Shown piece after piece: positions 1 to 13,497 of a DNA stretch of 64,000 nt (its first letter is position 1; each line of letters begins with the position of its first letter). The notes under the pieces were generated by a model. It saw only the letters and a list, made by a program, of their open reading frames with translations, was not told the DNA's origin and searched no databases. A program made the position numbers and the translations under genes. The DNA lies in NCBI GenBank assembly GCA_951406725.2, contig OX597831.1, positions 33,480,001-33,544,000 of the forward strand. The letters run 5' to 3'. The DNA comes from Octopus vulgaris. Its lineage: Eukaryota.

Positions 1-454
1 TCATTTCCTCCATAAAGTTCTACTTGGCTAAGTTGTTTACTAATTAGCCATTTCTGTAATGAGTTTTTTCTGTGGCTAAAATTAAGGCTTTAATTGTGTA
101 AATGCTTAGTAACAGAAGATAGATCTATTTTTAGCTGTGAGGCTATCTTTAGAGAGTTCATTAGAGCATGGAACAATTAATTTGTATAATTGTTGTTGTT
201 TAGTACTAGATTAATTCTGATCAAGCTGGCCTATGATTAATGGTGTTCCATTCGTGACAGTCCTGTCTTTTTTTGTCTTTCTCTTTTTTTGCAAACATAA
301 TATATCCTGAACTACATTATCCTTTGCATTCTTCCTTTTCTAAGATGGTAGGGTGTAATTTGAAGGAGATTCGGCTGTGATTTCTAAATGTTCTAATGAT
401 CATTTGAATGGTTATTAGTTGTAGGAAAGAATGTAAAACAGTGATGCAAATATT

Positions 455-668
455 CGTTTCTACTCTAGGCACAAGGCCCGAAATTTTTGGGGAAGGAGCT
501 AGTCGATTTAATCGACCCCAGTACTCAACTGGTACTTAATTTATTAACCCTGAAAGGATGAAAGGCAAGGTCGACCTTGGCAGAATTTGAACTCAGAATG
601 TAAAGACAGACGAAATACCGCTAAGCATTTGGCCCAGTGTGTTAATATTTCTGCCAGCTTGCCACCTT
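455..668 (-). mobile_element. tRNA-derived SINE-B (core resembles the MetaSINE domain)
   Basis: GAGTTCAAATTC B box and GCCTTTCATCCTTTC...TAAGTACCAG core; family assignment from memory. Confidence 0.8.
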
Positions 669-753
669 ACAGTAATGCAAATATTGAAGCTTTAATGAGG
701 CATCTGCTTAAGCCTTCACTCCCTATGCTTCTTGGGGAATGGAGAGCTTAAGA

Positions 754-1042
754 CAGTGGTTCCCAAAGTGGGTCGTACGTTGTACTTCCCCCCTTTAGGG
801 CAGTGGAAAGATCCAAAGGGTGGGGAGTATTGAAGAAAATGGAGTGGTGAAAATGGAGTGATGAAAAGGGGGCAATGAATGTAAAAACATTAAAATAATG
901 GAATAATTAGGTTAAGTTTTTATTGTGAAATTTGTTGCAGAAACTGGTCAATGTTTGTGGTGGTAAGTGGTGATGGTGATGCACTAGGAATGTGTCCTGA
1001 GTGATAAGTGGGTAGCAACCCAAAGAAGTTTGGGAACCATCA
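754..1042. mobile_element. hAT-type MITE
   Basis: TIR CAGTGGTTCCCAAA / TTTGGGAACCA; imperfect 8-bp flanking duplication gcttaaga/gcttaaat. Confidence 0.65.
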
Positions 1043-1499
1043 GCTTAAATCTTCAATGGCCTATATTCCATAAGCTATCGATAAGTTTTCTCCACTGTTC
1101 TTGACCCTGGGCTGTCGTCTTCCAGGTCTTGGTGGTTTAGAATTGCCATCAATGCTTCTGTAACCTTGCATTTGACTAGGCAAGAGTGTTGGCCCTAAGC
1201 AAACCCATTTTTACCTCTGTGAAGAGGTGGTCCATAATAGCCAAGCTTTATCTTGCTCAAGAATCTCAACAAGAGCCACATCAGTTGCGATTCTTGTCTT
1301 GATTCCTGAGTCAGAAAATTTTCAGTTCATAGTTCTAAGAATTTTTACTGTTTAGTATTTGTTGGATATTTTTTCGCTAAATTAAGAATTTTATTTCCTT
1401 TTACTGGTTCCAGTCACTGGACTGTAGCCATGATAGGACAATGCGTATTTTCTGTGAGAATCATACTGTTTTCCATTTTTTTTGCTTACTCATTCCTTT

Positions 1500-2470
1500 A
1501 TCTGTCCTTGTTTCAGTTTAACACATATTTTCACATTTTTATCCATGTTCTTTTAACATTTTTTTATCCATGTTCCTTAAGTTTTATCCATGTTCCTTAA
1601 GTTTTATCCATGTTTTCCTGTTAACATGCTTTTTAAAATACGAGCGAGGTCGGTAAAAATTCGAGCAAGGTTGGTAAAAATTCGAGCGAGGTCGTTGCCA
1701 GTACCGCCTGACTGGCCCCCATGCCGGTGGCACATAAAAGCACCTACTACACTCTCGGAGTGGTTGGCGTTAGGAAGGGCATCCAGCTATAGAAACTCTG
1801 CCAGATCAAGACTGGAGCTTGGTGCAGCCATCTGGTTCGCCAGCCCACAGTCAAACCATTCAACCCATGCTAGCATGGAAAGCGGACGTTAAACGACGAT
1901 GATGATGAAGTTCCCTGCTTAACTTGCTTTTTTCAAATCCATGGTCTCTGTTAAATTTTTTAAAAATCCATGTTCCCTGTTCCTTATTAACATTTTTCCC
2001 TCCATGTTTCATGTTAACATGTATTTTTTATCCACATTCTCTATTAATGTTTTATTATTTCATATTCTTTGCGAACATATATATTTTAATTCATGTTTTC
2101 TGCCAACATAGTTTTAGATCCATGTTCTTTATTAAGGTTTTTCCCTCCATGTGACATGTAACCTATTTTACCCATGATCCCTATCAAATCGGTGTTCTCT
2201 GTTAACATTTTAAAAAATTCATGTTCCTTATTAACATTCTTGTCCCATGTTGCATGTAAAATTTCATTATCCATGTTTCCTGTTAGCATTTAAAAAAAAA
2301 AAATGAAACATTCTGTGTTAATAAGTTTTCATTCATTTTTTTAATTAACATTTTCCCTTCCATGTGCCATTTTTACATCTTCATTTCCAAACCCTAGTTC
2401 CATTTGAATATATTTTATCCATTTTCTTTGCTAACATCTTTTTAATAACCATAGTCCATGCTTTAAATGT
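1500..2470. repeat. Degenerate AT-rich minisatellite (ATCCATGTT..TTAACATTTT) interrupted by SINE-C
   Basis: Recurring ccatgtt and ttaacat motifs at about 25-30 nt spacing. Confidence 0.65.
1640..1908 (+). mobile_element. SINE-like family C with (GAT)n tail
   Basis: GCGTTAGGAAGGGCATCCAGC...CATGCTAGCATGGAAAGCGGACGTTAAAC-(GAT)n; further copies near 4050, 4731(-), 12500(-), 16373, 18095, 22320. Confidence 0.8.
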
Positions 2471-2495
2471 CTTTTTGTTTTTGTTCACCTCCCAG

Positions 2496-2601
2496 TTGGA
2501 GCCTCATGTCAACGGCCCCTTTACTCCAGATCGTTGCCACTCTATCTCTGAACTGGGAAAGACTGCAGTGGAAATGGATTGGCCACTTGATGTTAAAGTT
2601 G
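2496..2601 (+). CDS. ACO2: Mitochondrial aconitate hydratase, internal exon A (first in window)
   Basis: cccAG acceptor, G|gtaagt donor; LEPHVNGPFTPD...WPLDVKV(G); 106 nt, ends phase 1. Confidence 0.95.
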
Positions 2602-4696
2602 GTAAGTCTTTTGATTCCTTTATTTAAAAAAGTTTTTTTTTTTTTATAAGAACAGGACCGAAGTCCTAAAGGCGAGAAGTGTCCCAGTTTGATCTGGTTG
2701 AGGAGGAACAAAAACCACCTTCATACAGCTTGAATGCAATAGTTTTACATTTTAACGCAAAGGGAAGTAACTCTGAGTGAATTCGTGTGGTAGCGTTGGT
2801 GTCTTGCTGCTACCATGACAACCAACCTTATTTCTTCTATAACAATAAACACAAAATTCTGTCTGTCCGTTTGGGACCCCTGTATCTCAGTCTACATTTG
2901 CTCTACATAGACATATTATACCTTTTTGGATTCAGGATAATCCAGGATTGAAAATCTGCCCTTCCAGCATTGGGATCTAATTTGAAAGCATTTGGGTTGC
3001 TATTTCTTGGTTGGCAATTGTCAGATGATGACAGAGATCAAAGGGGAGATAAATGACATTAAGAACTTTGGGCCACATTGCCCAACAGTCGGAATTCAAC
3101 GAGGCTGGAACAATAGAATGATTGCATTACAGAATTAATTCTCATCCATCCTTAACCTCTGGTTAAACACCACTGGGGCATATAGTCATTATAGACGGTA
3201 TTATAATCATGCTATTTAGCTCTCTTTAGTTTTGGGCCTCAGGCCCAGTTAGCCCTCCACAGGAGCTAGCTTAAAAGTCTATGTGGAGTGTGGCTTTTAG
3301 GCTAGTTAAGTATAAGTCTGAAAGCTCAGTGTGTGGAGAGGAGTTTAATTGCACCTCCATGTGGCTAAAAAGTGTCAGCAGAAGGGGACCCAAGAGTTAT
3401 GACCTAGATGTGGCCAAACCTCCTTTAGAGTATAAGAAGTTAAGGGCCAAGCCACTTGCCTGAGTGGATGGTTTCTTGTCTGAAGACCTTCTGCTGTTCA
3501 GCTCTCTTTCGAGAGTTTCTTACTCACTATCAGGCACAGGTGTGGCTGTTTGGTCAGAAGTTTGCTTCCCAATCACGTGGTTGTGGGTTCAGTTCCTCTG
3601 CATGGTACCTTGGGCAATTGTCTTTTAGTACAAGCCCTAGACCAACGAAAGCCTCGTGAGTGGATTTGGTAGATGGAAACTAAAAGAAGCCTTTTTGTGT
3701 ATATAAATCCCTATAATTTCACCCCCAATTTGTGCACCCTCTCCCATCAATCCTTACAGATGTAGCCTATCTCCCTCTCCCACTTCCTCTATTCCCCCTC
3801 CCACTTTTGCAAACCCCTATTACTCCCTCCCACTAGTGTTCTTGCTACCTGAGGTGTCACCTGGATATCTCATCACCACTGTCCATTGCCTTAGTGATGA
3901 CTCTAATTCATTCCCACTCTCTCTCTCCTAAATGTGAGTAGCCATGTAGCTTCTCTACAACAAGAACCTGCCCCACTCCATCCTTAACCCCCATCTAACA
4001 TACAGAGGTAATATCCTCCCTCCTCGGGGCTTATTGAATTGCGAGCTACATGGCATTCGAGTGTGGTTGTTGCCAGTGGCACATAAAAAGTACCATTCAA
4101 GCATGGTTGATGCCAGTACCACCTGACTGGCCCTCGTGCTGGTGGCACGTATAAAGCACCCACTACACTCTCAGAGTGGTTGGCATTAGGAAGGGCATCC
4201 AACTGTAGAAACTTGCCAAATCAGATTGGAGCCTGGTACAGCCTTTTGGCTTGCCAGTCCTCAGTCAAACCGTCCAACCCATGCCAGCATGGAAAGCAGC
4301 CGTTAAATGACGATGATGATGGTGACCTCATTAGTGCCAGTAGCATGAAAAAAGTACCCAGTACACACTGTAAAGTGGTTGACATTAGGAAGAGCATCGA
4401 GCCATAGACACCATGCCAAAGGTGATGCGGGTGTTCGATGTAGTCCTTAAACTCATGGGATCTTTATCAAACTCTCTGACCCAAGAATGTTAAATGATGA
4501 TGATGATGACATATAATGTACTGTTGTGTTAGCTATGACACTAACAAAAAATTTAAAAAATGAGTACTCCTTCTATCAAGAGGTCAATATCATTTAGGAT
4601 TTAAATGTAAGTTACTATTAGTTTCATGTCTCTGAAAATACAATGGTCAGACAAGCTTGTATAGTGTGTCATTTCCGAGCCAAATATCTTGAGTAG

Positions 4697-5123
4697 TTTA
4701 ACCCTTTAGCATCCAAATTACTCTGTTAAATCATCATCATCATCATCATCATCATTTAGCATCCATTTTCCATGCTAGCATGGGTTGGACGGTTTTGACT
4801 GAGGGCTGGCAACCAGATGGCTGCACCAGGCTCCAGTCTCGATCTGGCAGAGTTTCTACAGCTGGATGCCCTTCCCAACGCCAACAACTCCGAGAGTGTA
4901 GTGGGTACTTTTTTGAATTGATGCTCATTCCAGCATTGAAATAGAACATTAAATGACGATAAATGATGAGTATCTTGCAGCTTCAAAATTTTGATGATGT
5001 GTGTGCTTATGTTTAGAACGATATAATAGGATAGGTGTGAGAAGTTGGATCTGTCCAGTTTGAACGTAAAATAGGTAGAATATAATTTGACCAGACATGG
5101 TTAGTTTAAATGCTAAAGGATTA
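4697..5123. mobile_element. piggyBac-type MITE family B with a SINE-C insertion
   Basis: TTAA-CCCTTTAGCAT ... ATGCTAAAGGATTA termini. Confidence 0.6.
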
Positions 5124-5346
5124 GGTCTGAATGGTTGCCTGAAAATTCACAGTTGCTATACAAGCTTGTCTAGCCATTGTGTTTTCAGAGGCATGAAACT
5201 AATGGTAGCTTGTGTAAATCTGCCTGCCTGCCTGTCTATCTGCCTCTCTCTCTCTGCATATATCAGTGAGTTATGCTACTGTATCCTTGCGTATGTTTAG
5301 ACTATCTTGTCTTTTTCTCTAATTCTTGTCTTTTGCTATGTTTCAG

Positions 5347-5504
5347 GTTTAATTGGAAGCTGCACCAACAGCAGCTATGAAGACATGTGTCGTTCTGTGA
5401 GCATTGCTAAACAAGCTTTGGAACATGGTCTAAAGAGTAAGGCTGGATTCACAATAACTCCTGGTTCTGAACAGATTCGTGCCACAATAGAGCGAGATCG
5501 ATTG
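5347..5504 (+). CDS. ACO2: Aconitase exon B with first [4Fe-4S] cysteine ligand
   Basis: ttcAG / gtatgt; (G)[13 protein letters not shown]...[16 protein letters not shown]; 158 nt. Confidence 0.97.
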
Positions 5505-5566
5505 GTATGTACAACATCATCACCATCACCAACAACATTTACCATTTCGGTGCCGTGTCAGTTTTT

Positions 5567-6789
5567 TTAACCCATTTAAAAACCAACCTGCCTGAGACTG
5601 CTCCTGGTTCTTTGATACAGAATTCCTGTTCTAACCTTTTAGCGTTCAAATTACTTTGTCAAATGTAATACCTATTTACTCAAATTTTTAAAATTAATTA
5701 TCTTGTAGCTTTGAGATTTTAATATTGTGAATGTTTATTTTTAAAATGACATTGTAGGGTAGGTGTGATAAGCCAAATCTTGCCAGTTTAAACATAAAGC
5801 TGATTCAGTATTTGGACTGGATGTGGCCTGTTTAACTCTTTTGATACCAACTCAGCTGAAACTGCCTCTAGCTCTGTAGTACAAATGTCTTGTTTTCATA
5901 AGTTTTGAATTAAAATCTTCCACCAAACCTTAGTCACAGTTTATGTTCCAAACACTAGCTTAATGATAACTAAGTTATTTTACTAAATTCTTTGTTATAT
6001 TTAAAATTAATTGAAAGAAATATAGAGCAACTCAAAATAAATATGGTAACAAAAGGGTTAAAATATATAATAGAGAAACAATTCTTAACCCTTTCGATAT
6101 CAACCCGGCTGAAACTGCCTCTGGTTCTGTAGTACAAAGGCCTTGTTTTCATAAGTTTTGAATTAAAATCTTAGTCACAATTTATATTGAATTAAAATCT
6201 TAGTCACAATTTATATTGAATTAAAATCTTAGTCACAATTTATATTCTTAACACCTGCTTAATGATAATTAAGTTATTTTACTAAATTCTTTGTTATATT
6301 TAAAATTGATTGAAAGAAGCACAGAGCAACTCAAAATAAATATGGTAACAAAAAGGTTAAAATATGTAATAGAGAAACAATTCTTAACCCTTTTGATACA
6401 AACCCAGATGGAACTGCCTCTGGCTCTGCAGTACAAAGCCCTTGTTTTCATAAGTTTTGAATTAAAATCTTCCACCAAACTTTAGTCACAATTTAGTCCT
6501 AACACTAGCTTAATGGTAACTAAGTTATTTTAGTAAATTCTTTGATATATTTAAAATTAATTGAAAGAAACACAGAGCTAATCAAAAGAAATTCAGTAAT
6601 GAAAGGGTTAAATGCTAAAAGGTTAAAGTGATTTAAATTAAAATCTTCCATCGAAATTTCCTGTTAATTTATGTACCAAACACCAGATTAATAATGACAA
6701 AGTTATTTTAATGAATTCTTCATTATTTTCCAAAATATTTGAAGCTAAGGCAGTGTATTTCAACAGAAAAATGGTAACAAAAGAGTCAA
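5567..6789. mobile_element. Nested cluster of piggyBac-type (TTAA) MITEs
   Basis: Termini TTAA-CCCTTT(T/C)GATA ... GGTAACAAAAGGG-TTAA repeated; see findings. Confidence 0.75.
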
Positions 6790-7112
6790 AGGGTGGTGTA
6801 GTTACTTAAGTTGACCCCAGTATTTGATTGGTACTTATTTCTTAATGCTCTTCTGTCTCAAGTATAGCTGTTTCCTTCCCTTATGTGAGACGATAGGATG
6901 TGAGTTGAGGGAAATTTGGGTGTTATTTCTAGCAAGTTGAACTACTATATAGTGGGTTTTCTGGATAAGTCATATTTTACTCTGGTGTTCTATCAGCTGT
7001 GTCAACTTGTGTGTGTGTGTGCATGTATGCCTCTGTGTGTGTGTTGGTGTGTATAACTATCTGTGTGTAGGTGCATCTGTGAGTAGAGATGTATGCATGC
7101 AGGTGTGTGTAG

Positions 7113-7146
<34 letters not shown>

Positions 7147-7371
7147 TAATATCTTGTTTGACTGTGTAATGCCATATTTTCCATAGTTTTCCCTTTAATT
7201 TCAACCCAACCCCCACCCATGTTGTTGTTGTTTAACCCCATTTTTTGCATGGACATTTAGGATAAACTTACGAAAATGCTTTGGATAATCAAAGGGTTAA
7301 AAAATTTCTAATTTTTCTTGTAAGAGCAATTTTCTACATTTTTGTTTCACTTCTGTATATTCTTCTTTTAG

Positions 7372-7630
7372 ACGGAGACCCTAGAAGCCATCGATGGATG
7401 CGTCCTTGCCAATGCTTGCGGTCCTTGCATTGGTCAGTGGGACAGAAAAGATGTGCAAAAAGGCGAGAAGAACACCATCGTGACGTCTTACAACAGGAAC
7501 TTCACTGGACGTAACGACGCCAACCCTGCAACCCATGCATTCGTTGCGTCTCCTGAGATAGTCACCGCTCTTGCAATTGCTGGACGCTTGGACTTCAACC
7601 CACTTACAGATCATTTGACCGGAGCAAATG
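7372..7630 (+). CDS. ACO2: Aconitase exon C with the other two cluster cysteines
   Basis: tttAG / gtaatg; [13 protein letters not shown]...[11 protein letters not shown]...[12 protein letters not shown]; 259 nt. Confidence 0.97.
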
Positions 7631-7854
7631 GTAATGAGGGAAAACAATTCTTTTTTTTTTTGTATTGTTTCCTTTAAGTCTTTGGTTTTGTATTTGTTTA
7701 ACCAAAACGATTTGTTGTGAGATTGTTTTGCTTGAGAAAAGTGAAGCATTTACTTCATAGAAGTCATGTAAAATACACATGTGTACTCTTTTATTAGTAA
7801 ACACACAGATGCTTATATGAGTTGCATTCCAGAAGTTTTGAAACTTTTTTTTTA

Positions 7855-8260
7855 GGCCTAGGAGTGGCTGTGTGGTAAGTAGCTTGCTTACCTACCACAT
7901 GGTTCCAGGTTCAGTCCCACTGCATGGCACCTTGGGCAAGTGTCTTCTACTATAGCCTTGGGCTGACCAAAGCCTTGTGAGGGAATTTGGTAGACGGAAA
8001 CTGAAAGATGCCCATCGTATATATGTGCATATATATATGTGTGTATGTATATGTTTGTATCTGTGTCTGTCCCCACAACATCGCTTGACAACTGATGCTG
8101 GTGTGTTTATGCCCTTGTAACTTAGTGGTTTGGCAAAAGAGACTGATAGAATAATTACTAGGCTTATAAAGAATAAGTCTTTGGGTTGATTTGCTCGACT
8201 AAAGGTGGTGCTTCAGCATGGCCACAGTTAAATGACTGAAATGAGTAAAGAGTAAAGAGA
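7855..8260 (+). mobile_element. tRNA-derived SINE-A
   Basis: GGAGTGGCTGTGTGG head, internal TA/TG tract, TGACTGAAA..AGTAAA tail. Confidence 0.85.
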
Positions 8261-9006
8261 AGCAATTATAACTTTGCTCTCATGTGTTTATTTTCTCCCT
8301 GCCCGAGGTTACTATGGTCTTTTCTATAGGCTTTTCTTTCCATGGATAAACCTTGTCTTACTTTTAACATCTTTAAAACTCTTCTCTTATACATGATCCC
8401 TTTTGATCGTTTTTTTTTTTCTTGATCCCTTTTGATTTGAATTTTACTTTTTTTTCTTATTTTTCTCCTTTTTTTCATTTTCGAAAAGGAAAGCTCTACA
8501 TTTGTATTTGTCCCCTCTGTGTTCAGTCTGTCTATCTAGTTATCAACCCGTCTATCTATTTGTCTGTCTATCTATCTATCTACCCGTCTGTCTATCTATT
8601 TATCTACCCGTCTATCTATTTGTCTGTCTATCTATCTATCTATCTACCGTCTGTCTATCTATTTATCTGTCTGTCTGTCTATCTGTTTGTCTGACCGTCC
8701 GTCCGTTTGTCTGTCTCTCTGTCTGTCTTTCTACCTATTCTCCCATCCATCCATCCATCCATCTAGACAACATACATACATATATATATATATAACAAAT
8801 ATATGTGCATTTGTGTCTGTGTAGAGGTACAGTTGCAGACACTTGCCCAAAGTGTACAACAGATGGATGGAAACCAGAATCAAGGAATTAAGAAGTGAAC
8901 TTCTTAACTGCATGGCTATTCTTGGAGCTGCCCACATCAACACATTCAGTATCCATTCTCTCTTCTTGCAACTCTAAATGTGACGAAAATTTGTTCCGTT
9001 CTATTT

Positions 9007-9277
9007 CATCATCATCATCATCATCATCATCGTTTAACGTCCGTTCTCCATGCTAGCATGGGTTGGACGGTTCGACCGGGGATCTGGGAAGCCAGGAGGC
9101 TGCACCAGGCTCCAGTCTGATCTGGCAATGTTTCTACAGCTGGATGCCCTTCCTAACGCCAACCACTCCGTGAGTGTCGTGGGTGCTTTTTACGTGCCAC
9201 CAGCACAGGTGCCAGGCAAGGCTGGCAAACGGCCACGATCGGATGGTGCTTTTTACGTGCCGCCGGCACGGAAGCCA
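9007..9277 (-). mobile_element. SINE-C, antisense copy upstream of exon D
   Basis: Reverse-complement match. Confidence 0.85.
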
Positions 9278-9460
9278 AATGTAAATAATATAAATAATGT
9301 ACATAATTCCTCATCTCTTAAATATAGAACTGTAGAACCCTTTTTTGTCAAAAAATTAGGTAAAAAATATGGGAGTTTCTTATACAGGATAGTATTATAA
9401 TCTCTTACCAAACCTTTTTTTCCAATGTTTTGTCATCTTTTTTTCTTTTTCTTCTCTCAG

Positions 9461-9666
9461 GAGAACAATTTAAATTTGAACCTCCCTCTGGAGATGAACT
9501 GCCCAACAAAGGATTTGATCCCGGCATGGACACTTACCAAGCTCCTCCTAGTGATAGCTCTGATGTGTTTGTTGCTGTCGACCCTGAGAGCACACGTCTG
9601 CAGCTTCTGTCACCCTTCGCAAAATGGGACGGAGAAGATATTAAGGATATGCTTGTCTTGATTAAG
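9461..9666 (+). CDS. ACO2: Aconitase exon D (linker region)
   Basis: ctcAG / gtaagt; [18 protein letters not shown]...[13 protein letters not shown]...VLIK; 206 nt. Confidence 0.95.
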
Positions 9667-9682
9667 GTAAGTTTCATACAGT

Positions 9683-10685
9683 CATGGCTCTGTGGTAAGA
9701 AGCTTGCTTACCAATCACATAGTCCCAGGTTCTGTCCCACTGCATGGCACTCTGGGCAAGTGTCTTCTACTATAACCTTGAGCTGACCAAAGCTTTGTGA
9801 GTGGATTTGGTAGAGGGAAACTGAAAGAAGCCCGTCATATATGTGTATAAGCACCCACTATACTCTCGGAGTGGTTGGCGTTAGGAAGGGCATCCAGCTG
9901 TAGAAACTCTGCCAGATCAAGATTGGAGCCTGGTGCAGCCATCTGGTTCGCCAGCCCTCAGTCAAAATCGTCCAACCCATGCTAGCATGGAAAGCAGACG
10001 TTAAACGACGACGACAATGATGATGATGATGATGTGTGTGTCTTTGTGTCGGTGTTTGTTCCCTCACCATCAGTTGACAACCGATGTTGGTGTGTTTACA
10101 TCCCTGTGACTTAGCAATTCAGCAAAAGTGACCGACAGAATAAGTACTAGGTTTACAAAGAATAAGTCCTGAGGTCGATTTCTTCAACTAAAACCCTCTA
10201 AGGCAGTGCTCCAGCATGGCATCAGTCAAATGACTGAAGCAAGTAAAAGAATATGTGTGTGTGTGTCTGAGGTAAGTAGCTTGCTTTCCAACCTTGTGGT
10301 TCTGGGTTCAGTCCAATTGCACCCCACCATGGGCAAGTGTCCTTCACTGTAGCCCCTCGATGACGAAAGCATTGTGAATGGATTTTATAGACAGAAACTG
10401 AAAGAAGCCTGTCGTATCTATCTGTATATCTAAGTGTGTGTGTCTTTGTGTCTGTGTTCCCCCCTCCACATATACACACACACACACACACACTTGACAA
10501 CTGGTGTTGGTGTGTTTATATTCCTGTAACTTAGCAGTTCGCCAAAACAGACTGGTAAAACAAGTATCAGGCTTCAAAAAAAAAAAAAGAAGGAAGAAAT
10601 AAGTGCTGGGGTTGATTCATTTGATTAAAAATTCTTCAGGTGGTGCCCCAGCATGGCCACAGTCTAATGACTGAAACAAGTAAAG
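9683..10685 (+). mobile_element. Two SINE-A copies, the first interrupted by SINE-C (9849-10032)
   Basis: Matches SINE-A consensus blocks. Confidence 0.8.
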
Positions 10686-11395
10686 GATATAAGTAACCAT
10701 AACAACTGGTTATTAGTCTCGCTGTGCCTAAGTGAATTCCTGACTACTCCCACCCACTCCTTTGTAATGTCTGGTAGCCCTGTACCCCACTCTGTTGTGA
10801 AGCAGCTATGCTTGTCCCTCCTTCATGCTTTTACCTTTCAACTCTGTCTGTCTGTTTGTCTCTCTCTTTCTGGAGGAAATTGGATGTAAGTCAGACGTGG
10901 AGAAGGATAGGCTCTGCCAGTTCCAAGAGGGCCTGGGACACTTGCTGCAATTGCATGGTGGCACCCTTACAGGTCTGTCAAGAGTTGAGAGGGCAAGTCG
11001 AAATATGCGCATTCTCATATCTTCCTCCCCTTCCTTGTCATCCTCATCATTGTCATTATACTCAACCTCCTCTCCTCCTCCTCCTCCTCTACATTAATAT
11101 CCTACTCCACTTTGTCATCATTGTCATTCTCCTCAGCACTCTCCTCCTCAATGTCATGAATCAATCATCATCATCATCAGCAGCAGCATCATAATCAGTC
11201 GTCATCATTGTCCTTTTCATTGTCGTCATCATTTTCATCATGACTGTTGTCAACATCTTTATTATCACCATCAATCAGCATGTACCTTATCATCTTTCTC
11301 TTCATCATCATCCTTCTTCATCCTTCTCTTTGTTCCCATCAGTCATCATCATGAATCATCATTAGTCATCATGATGAATCATTGTTAGTCATCAT

Positions 11396-11630
11396 CAGTC
11401 ACAACCATTCATCAATCACAGTCATTCATCAGTCACAATCATTCATCTGTCACAATCATTCATCAGTCACAATCATTCATCAGTCACAATCATTCACCAG
11501 TTACAATCATTCACCAGTTACAATCATTCACCAGTTACAATCATTCATCAGTTGCAATCATTCATCAGTCACAACCATTCATCAGTCACAACCATTCATC
11601 AGTCACAACCATTCATCAGTCATAATCATC
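11396..11630. repeat. 17-bp minisatellite CAGTCACAATCATTCAT, about 14 units, within a (CAT)n-rich tract
   Basis: Direct reading. Confidence 0.9.
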
Positions 11631-11987
11631 GTCATCATTGTCATCATCATCATCATCAGTGTTTTCATCATTTCATCATCATTGTTGTTTTCTTCATTGG
11701 TGAAATCATCATCCTCATCACCAATCAACATGATCCTGATCATTATCCTTCTCATCTTCGTCATCATCATCATCATCATCATCATCCTTCTCTTCTCATC
11801 TTCGTCATCATCATTTTTGCATCCCCTTTTCCCATGCTGGTATACATGTCACTAAACCCCTTTGAAACAGCAATCTATGACCGGATACCCTTTCATGATG
11901 CCAACCCTTGTTTTCAAATAAACTACATTGAAATCAATCAATATTTCAGTCAATCAGCTGACAACATAATAAATACATCTTTTGTAA

Positions 11988-12092
<105 letters not shown>

Positions 12093-12395
12093 TAGGTACA
12101 TATATTTAGCCTTTTACATTTAAACTGGATCATGTCCAGCTGAAATATTCTACCTGTTTTTACGTTTAAAACTGACCAAATGTGGCCTTCCACACCTATG
12201 CTAAAAGTAAACGATCATGTCATTGAAATCTTGGAGCTATGAGATAATGCGGGATTAATTGAAAACAATGTGTATTAATAAACATAACATTGCACAGAGT
12301 ACTCTGAATGCTAATGGATTAAGATACATTTCTGTCTTCTTATCTGTTTGTGTGCATACTTGCCTTCCTGCCTTCCTGCCTGCCTGCCTGCCTGC

Positions 12396-12434
<39 letters not shown>

Positions 12435-13403
12435 ATGCTTTTGTTAGGCCTATGCTGCATCAGCCAACTCTCCGAACAATTTACTCATTGGCTTGGTACC
12501 ATCATCATCATTTTCATTTAACATCTGTCTTTCATGCTGGCATGGGTCAGATGCTTTGACAGGCGCTGGTGAGCTGGAGGACCGTGCCAAGCTTTGTTAT
12601 CTGCTTTGGCAAAGTTTCTATGGCTGGGTGCCCACTTTACTGAGTGTGTCTGTTTCTCTCTGCTTATCACTCACTCTCTCTCACCCTCATCCTTTCACTA
12701 GGCCTAAGAAGGATTCACTCTCATACCTTTACCTGGCCTACATATTAGAGATTGCATTAATTAGACGGACCTTGTGCCTCTGTAATTCTTTCTCTCTGGT
12801 GCATCTCCTTTATCCTCTTCATCCTTCTCTACCACCAGTCACCACTCTCTCCCTCACCGTCCCCTTAGGACAACTTCTATTCCCATGCCTTTCCTAGTGC
12901 CAACCATTTTGCAAATTGGACTGGATGATTTTTTCGCATGGCACCAACACCAGCAAGGTCTGTTTGGCATGGTTTTTAAAGCCGGATGCTCTTCTTAACA
13001 CCAACCGCTGCCAACAATCACGCTTGAATGGTGCTTTTTACATGTCACCAGCATGGGAGCCAATCTGCAGCCCTGGCAACGATCACGCTCGGATTTACTT
13101 TTAATGCTCCACTGGCACAAGTGCCAATCAGGCGGTACTGTCATCGGCCATGTCCTCGAAACCATGTCAAAGATGTAGAATATAATATTTTTTCAAATTA
13201 TGGAATTTTACTACTGGTGGTATATATGGTAGTTGTGTGAAATTTGCAACACACCACCAGTGGTACATGTAGCAGTTATCGTTAATTAATCTATGATTAT
13301 ACTGTTCAGGTATTGCCATCTTGTTACTGGTTTGTTCTTTAAATATATTTGTTTCCATTTCTACCTCTGACCATTTTTTTGTGCTCTTTGTATTTGGCGT
13401 CAG

Positions 13404-13497
13404 TGCTGTTAATTATGAGAATGAAAAGCTGAACTGTGTAAAGAATCAACTGACAGGTGAATATGGAGGTGTACCTGACACTGCACGAGACTATAAG
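13404..13497 (+). CDS. ACO2: Aconitase exon F
   Basis: gtcAG / gtaaat; AVNYENEKLNCVKNQLTGEYGGVPDTARDYK; 94 nt; phases fit neighbours. Confidence 0.93.

Noticed and set aside
10876-10885. 10-nt poison microexon in an ACO2 intron (pyrimidine tract, GAG acceptor, GTAAGT donor)
   Set aside because: GAG acceptor is weak and the tract is a simple repeat; unsupported without RNA data
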